Source of the DNA: Gordius albopunctatus
Taxonomy: Eukaryota
Direction of reading: 5' to 3'
DNA length: 64,000 nucleotides
Assembly (NCBI GenBank): GCA_964276515.1
Contig: OZ193909.1
Coordinates: 16,678,001 to 16,742,000 of the forward strand
Shown here: positions 60,701 to 64,000 of the stretch, piece after piece
How the letters are laid out: the number at the start of each line of letters is the position of its first letter
Position numbering within the stretch: the stretch's first letter is position 1
Notes under the pieces: model-generated
What the model was told of the DNA's origin: nothing
Databases searched by the model: none
Seen by the model: only the letters and a program-made list of their open reading frames with translations
Program-made: the position numbers and the translations under genes

Positions 60701-63446
60701 AGGTCAGTCGGCCCGCCCGTAATAAAAATTTAAAAGCCCGGCCCGGGCCCGACTGGTTACGCCGATGCAGCTACGCTTCTTTATACGTGAAATTTTACCT
60801 TTTTTGTCCTCCATTTTTAAGGTCAACAATTTATTCCTACCTTTGGCTGTTTTAGGCACAACTTTGATATTTTTTGTCAGGGACAATTATATTTTTGGTA
60901 CTGTTATTCCTTTACCAAATTACAAAAAAAAAATAATGTCATAATAGTTAAAATCTTGCAATTTCGCTTGGGGGACAGAAAGCCGGGTTATTTATCGTAT
61001 GAGCGGCGGTCTAAGGGGAATTATTAGCATAAGTGCTTGAGGGTTCGTGTCGTGTGTAAGTTTACCGACTAAATTATATTTGTGCTTCGGTCGTCATTGT
61101 GGTAATTGAATCACGTAGGCACTATTTTAGAGGCTGGGTATGATCGAGTGAATGAGAAATAGTATTATATATGGAATTTTTTAAGCAATTCAGTATTTTG
61201 GTTACTGTACGTATTTTCAATCAACGCGGAAATATGTTTTAAGGATTTTTTTAGTTCGTCGTTTGGGGGGAAGAAATTGAGGCTTCCCTCAGATTTTTGC
61301 TGAAAATAATTAATATGTATGCTATGAAAGAAGGTAAAATACTAAAAATACTCTATATCGTTTTGATGGGTATAGATAGAGAGCCTAACAAATCTTAAAA
61401 ATTGGCTGTAGTAGCTGCCCCCCTTCAATAAGCATCGATATATTATCAAGTTTTAAATGGGATGATATGTGTGCAATGCAATAGATGGAAAAAACGTGAG
61501 AAAGAAATAAGATTTCATTTTGCATTTAATCATGTTATATTGGGGTTTGTACCAAAATTTGCCAATAAGAGGAGATTAGGGTGCTACCCCCACCACTGCG
61601 CTTACATAATACACCTCGAGGTTCAAAGGCACTCTCTTTAAACAAACACAGAGGTATTTTAGGTTTACGCTCCAAGTGCCCCCCCTACCTTAGACTTTTG
61701 CCCATTAAAACCATTTAGTGAAGAAGGCTTAACGAAAATTCCTTCCTTTTTTCCAGTGTTGAAAATTGTGATATCAAGGTAAGTCGAATGAGCCGGTCCT
61801 ACGCCAATTCAAGGAAAGAAGAATGTTCGTACTATATTGACGTTTGAACGTCAAGATCCACATTTTTACTACAATGAAGCGCAAATTGATTTACTCTTAT
61901 GAACGTAGATAAAATCCTTATTAAATAGAGCAAAATGTACGGGAAGAGTTTGAAGAGTTAAACAAAATATTTTCGTTTGAAGAGTCACAGATACTTGTAT
62001 TGTTTTAATTTAAGTGAATGGAGGGGGGGTTTCACTAAACGACACTATCAATCTAAAACTTTTCAGAGGATTGTCATTTTGATCCGTTTATCGGGTCAGG
62101 TTCTGTCTGGGTACCTTACGCAACAATAAATCTGTTTTAAAAAGAAAATGATGCAAAACGAAAGTCTTTGGAGCTCAATTTAATACATCACCTATTATTT
62201 TTTACAAATTGGTTTATTTTTAGCCTGCATTTAGTGTTACGATGAAATATTTGGGATCTTTTTTCATGCATTTCTAAACGTGAAACAATTGTGCATATAT
62301 ACTTTTTTTAAAGTAATTACTTTTAGCTTACTTACTTCTTTAAAAATAACACTTATTAAAATTTTGTACTTATTTTATAAATTACATTTCTTTAAAGCCT
62401 TGATATACGCTTGCGTGGGCATTTTCGTCTTTTCGGTGCTGTACGAAGGCCTTAAAGTATTCCGAGAGCACCTCATGTCTCATCCACCCTTCGCCAATGC
62501 CCGCAAGGGTCTCGGTTCGCCCGGACGTCACAAAAAAAATTGTTGCGCCTCCGGGGCTGGAACCCTCCACGACGAAGGGGTTAGCCCTTACGCCAAGATG
62601 AACGACGTCGAGTCTCGCACCCCGACCCACTTCGCCATCGAACGCGGCTTTAAATCGTGCGATTGTCGATCTAGGTCAGTAAACATTGCTAATAAGGAAA
62701 GTATATAAAGAGTTTACTCAAGCCATAAACTTATTAACGCGTTTCCTGGGGAAATTTAGTTTTTAATCGAAACCACTGTAATCAGCTATTCAATTAAAAA
62801 TTATAAAAATGTATTAGTTTTGTTAAAATTATTAATGAATTTGTAGTCAAAATCTTTGGTCTCCAACTAAAGAAGGCTATTTTAGAGCAAACACTAAACA
62901 ATTATTTTAACTAAACACGAAAATGTATTAATTTGATTAAAATTAAAAACAAATTTTTATTTAAACTTAGGTTTACAGCTAAAAAGACCCTTTTTAGACC
63001 AATATGTATCGCGACATCATTAGTTTTATGGAACAATACACCCCCCCCTCCCACCCCTTTTGGGATGCAAATCAAACTTAAATTATAATTGTCATGTATT
63101 TTGTAAATAAAAATCTCGTACACATTCTTCTGCAGACAATTCCGCTCTTTTAAATTCCTAATTTGCTCGGTATGCCAAACCTAAAAGTTTAGAGCCTTTT
63201 GCAGAGGATAATTCCTAGTTTTTACTTCTTTTCCATTGCAGTCCCGCCTTTTCCATCCTGGATCACGGTTTGCAATCCATCCTACACATCATACAAACCG
63301 GACTCGGGTTCATGTTGATGCTCATCTTCATGACTTTCAACGTTTGGATGTGCTTCTCCCTTTTGCTGGGCGCCGGGGTCGGTTACTTTTGTTTTGCTTG
63401 GAAACGCAAAATCGCCATTGTCGACGTCACTCAACACTGCAATTGA
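57742..63446 (+). CDS. SLC31A1: High-affinity copper uptake protein Ctr1/SLC31 family, 4 exons, 266 aa
   Basis: Join 57742-57993, 58091-58157, 62398-62674, 63242-63446 (801 nt, GT-AG, in phase). His-rich N-terminus; MAFHFG..FNAWKI; LYEGLKVFRE; TM2 MLIFM (MxxxM); TM3 GAGVG (GxxxG); C-terminal DVTQHCN. Confidence 0.93.
59633..59875 (+). mobile_element. MITE with GGGTGGCC termini (MULE-like), in Ctr1 intron 2
   Basis: TIR GGGTGGCCCGTCAACTTGCC / GGCGAGTTGATAGGCCACCC; AT-rich flanking direct repeat (A/T)AAATTTA; inverted homolog at 42235-42506. Confidence 0.8.
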
Positions 63447-64000
63447 TGACAACAACAACAACACACACGATATTCACTTTGGTTTTTTTTGTGTTTAATG
63501 TAGAGCACGCAGCAGTATAACAATAAAATTTTTAATATTTATGAAACGTTGTCCTAAAGTGAACGAAAAACGGTCCAAAATCGATTTCCACGAGCAAAGC
63601 GTTCAAAAATTTGTATAAATTCACCCGCGTTTTCCAATAGACGCCATGGCGATATTTTTTACTTTTTAAAAATCAGCTTTAAAATTAAGTAAAAGAGCTA
63701 ATTGATTACAAATGATCCATTTTTCTAATTCCTGTGCACATATATTAATATATACATTACTTATAAGCACTCTTACTCGTAATTGTATACATGCACTGAA
63801 TCAAAACGCCTATGCGATTTTCATAGGTATATTTTATGTGTGAAAGGTAATTTTCCCAAGGTTTAAAGGCCATATATTTGACTGACCTTTATTTTTATTT
63901 TTTCGCTCGTTTAGTGTTTTTTATCATCATTTTTTGAATCGAAATCGTCACTTTTTTGTCATCGCGACTTAATATTACCCAAGGTCAGTTGTTTGTTTGA

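Noticed and set aside
59897..62120. Nested gene in Ctr1 intron 2
   Set aside because: The short ORFs have no recognisable domains and no phase-consistent exon chain.
63236..63520. ORF-track proteins at 63236-63520 (+) and 63282-63464 (-)
   Set aside because: Wrong frames; the real Ctr1 last exon is 63242-63446 in another plus frame.

Overview
AT-rich eukaryotic (invertebrate, probably protostome) genomic DNA, not prokaryotic. It holds two divergently oriented spliced genes, reconstructed by hand from splice sites and reading-frame phase. The first is a 25-coding-exon receptor protein tyrosine phosphatase on the minus strand (34250->1085, ~1975 aa: signal peptide, 1 Ig, 4 FN3, TM, active D1, Cys->Asp pseudo-D2; Ptp99A-like). 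The second is a 4-exon Ctr1/SLC31 copper transporter on the plus strand (57742->63446, 266 aa). The introns and the ~23 kb between the genes are packed with transposons: an intact spliced MULE transposase, a full-length RTE LINE with a 16-bp TSD, decayed RTE, CRE-like, hAT, MULE and Gypsy copies, several MITE families, a Helentron-like non-autonomous element and a tRNA-derived SINE. The most unusual structure is a perfect 150-bp inverted duplication of the MULE 5' region and start codon. It replaces the element's left terminus inside the host intron, giving a Mu-killer-like hairpin. Also notable are a SINE sharing its 3' tail with an RTE in the same window, 38-42 nt introns, and a probable GC-AG intron. 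All homology calls come from motif recognition only; no searches were run.
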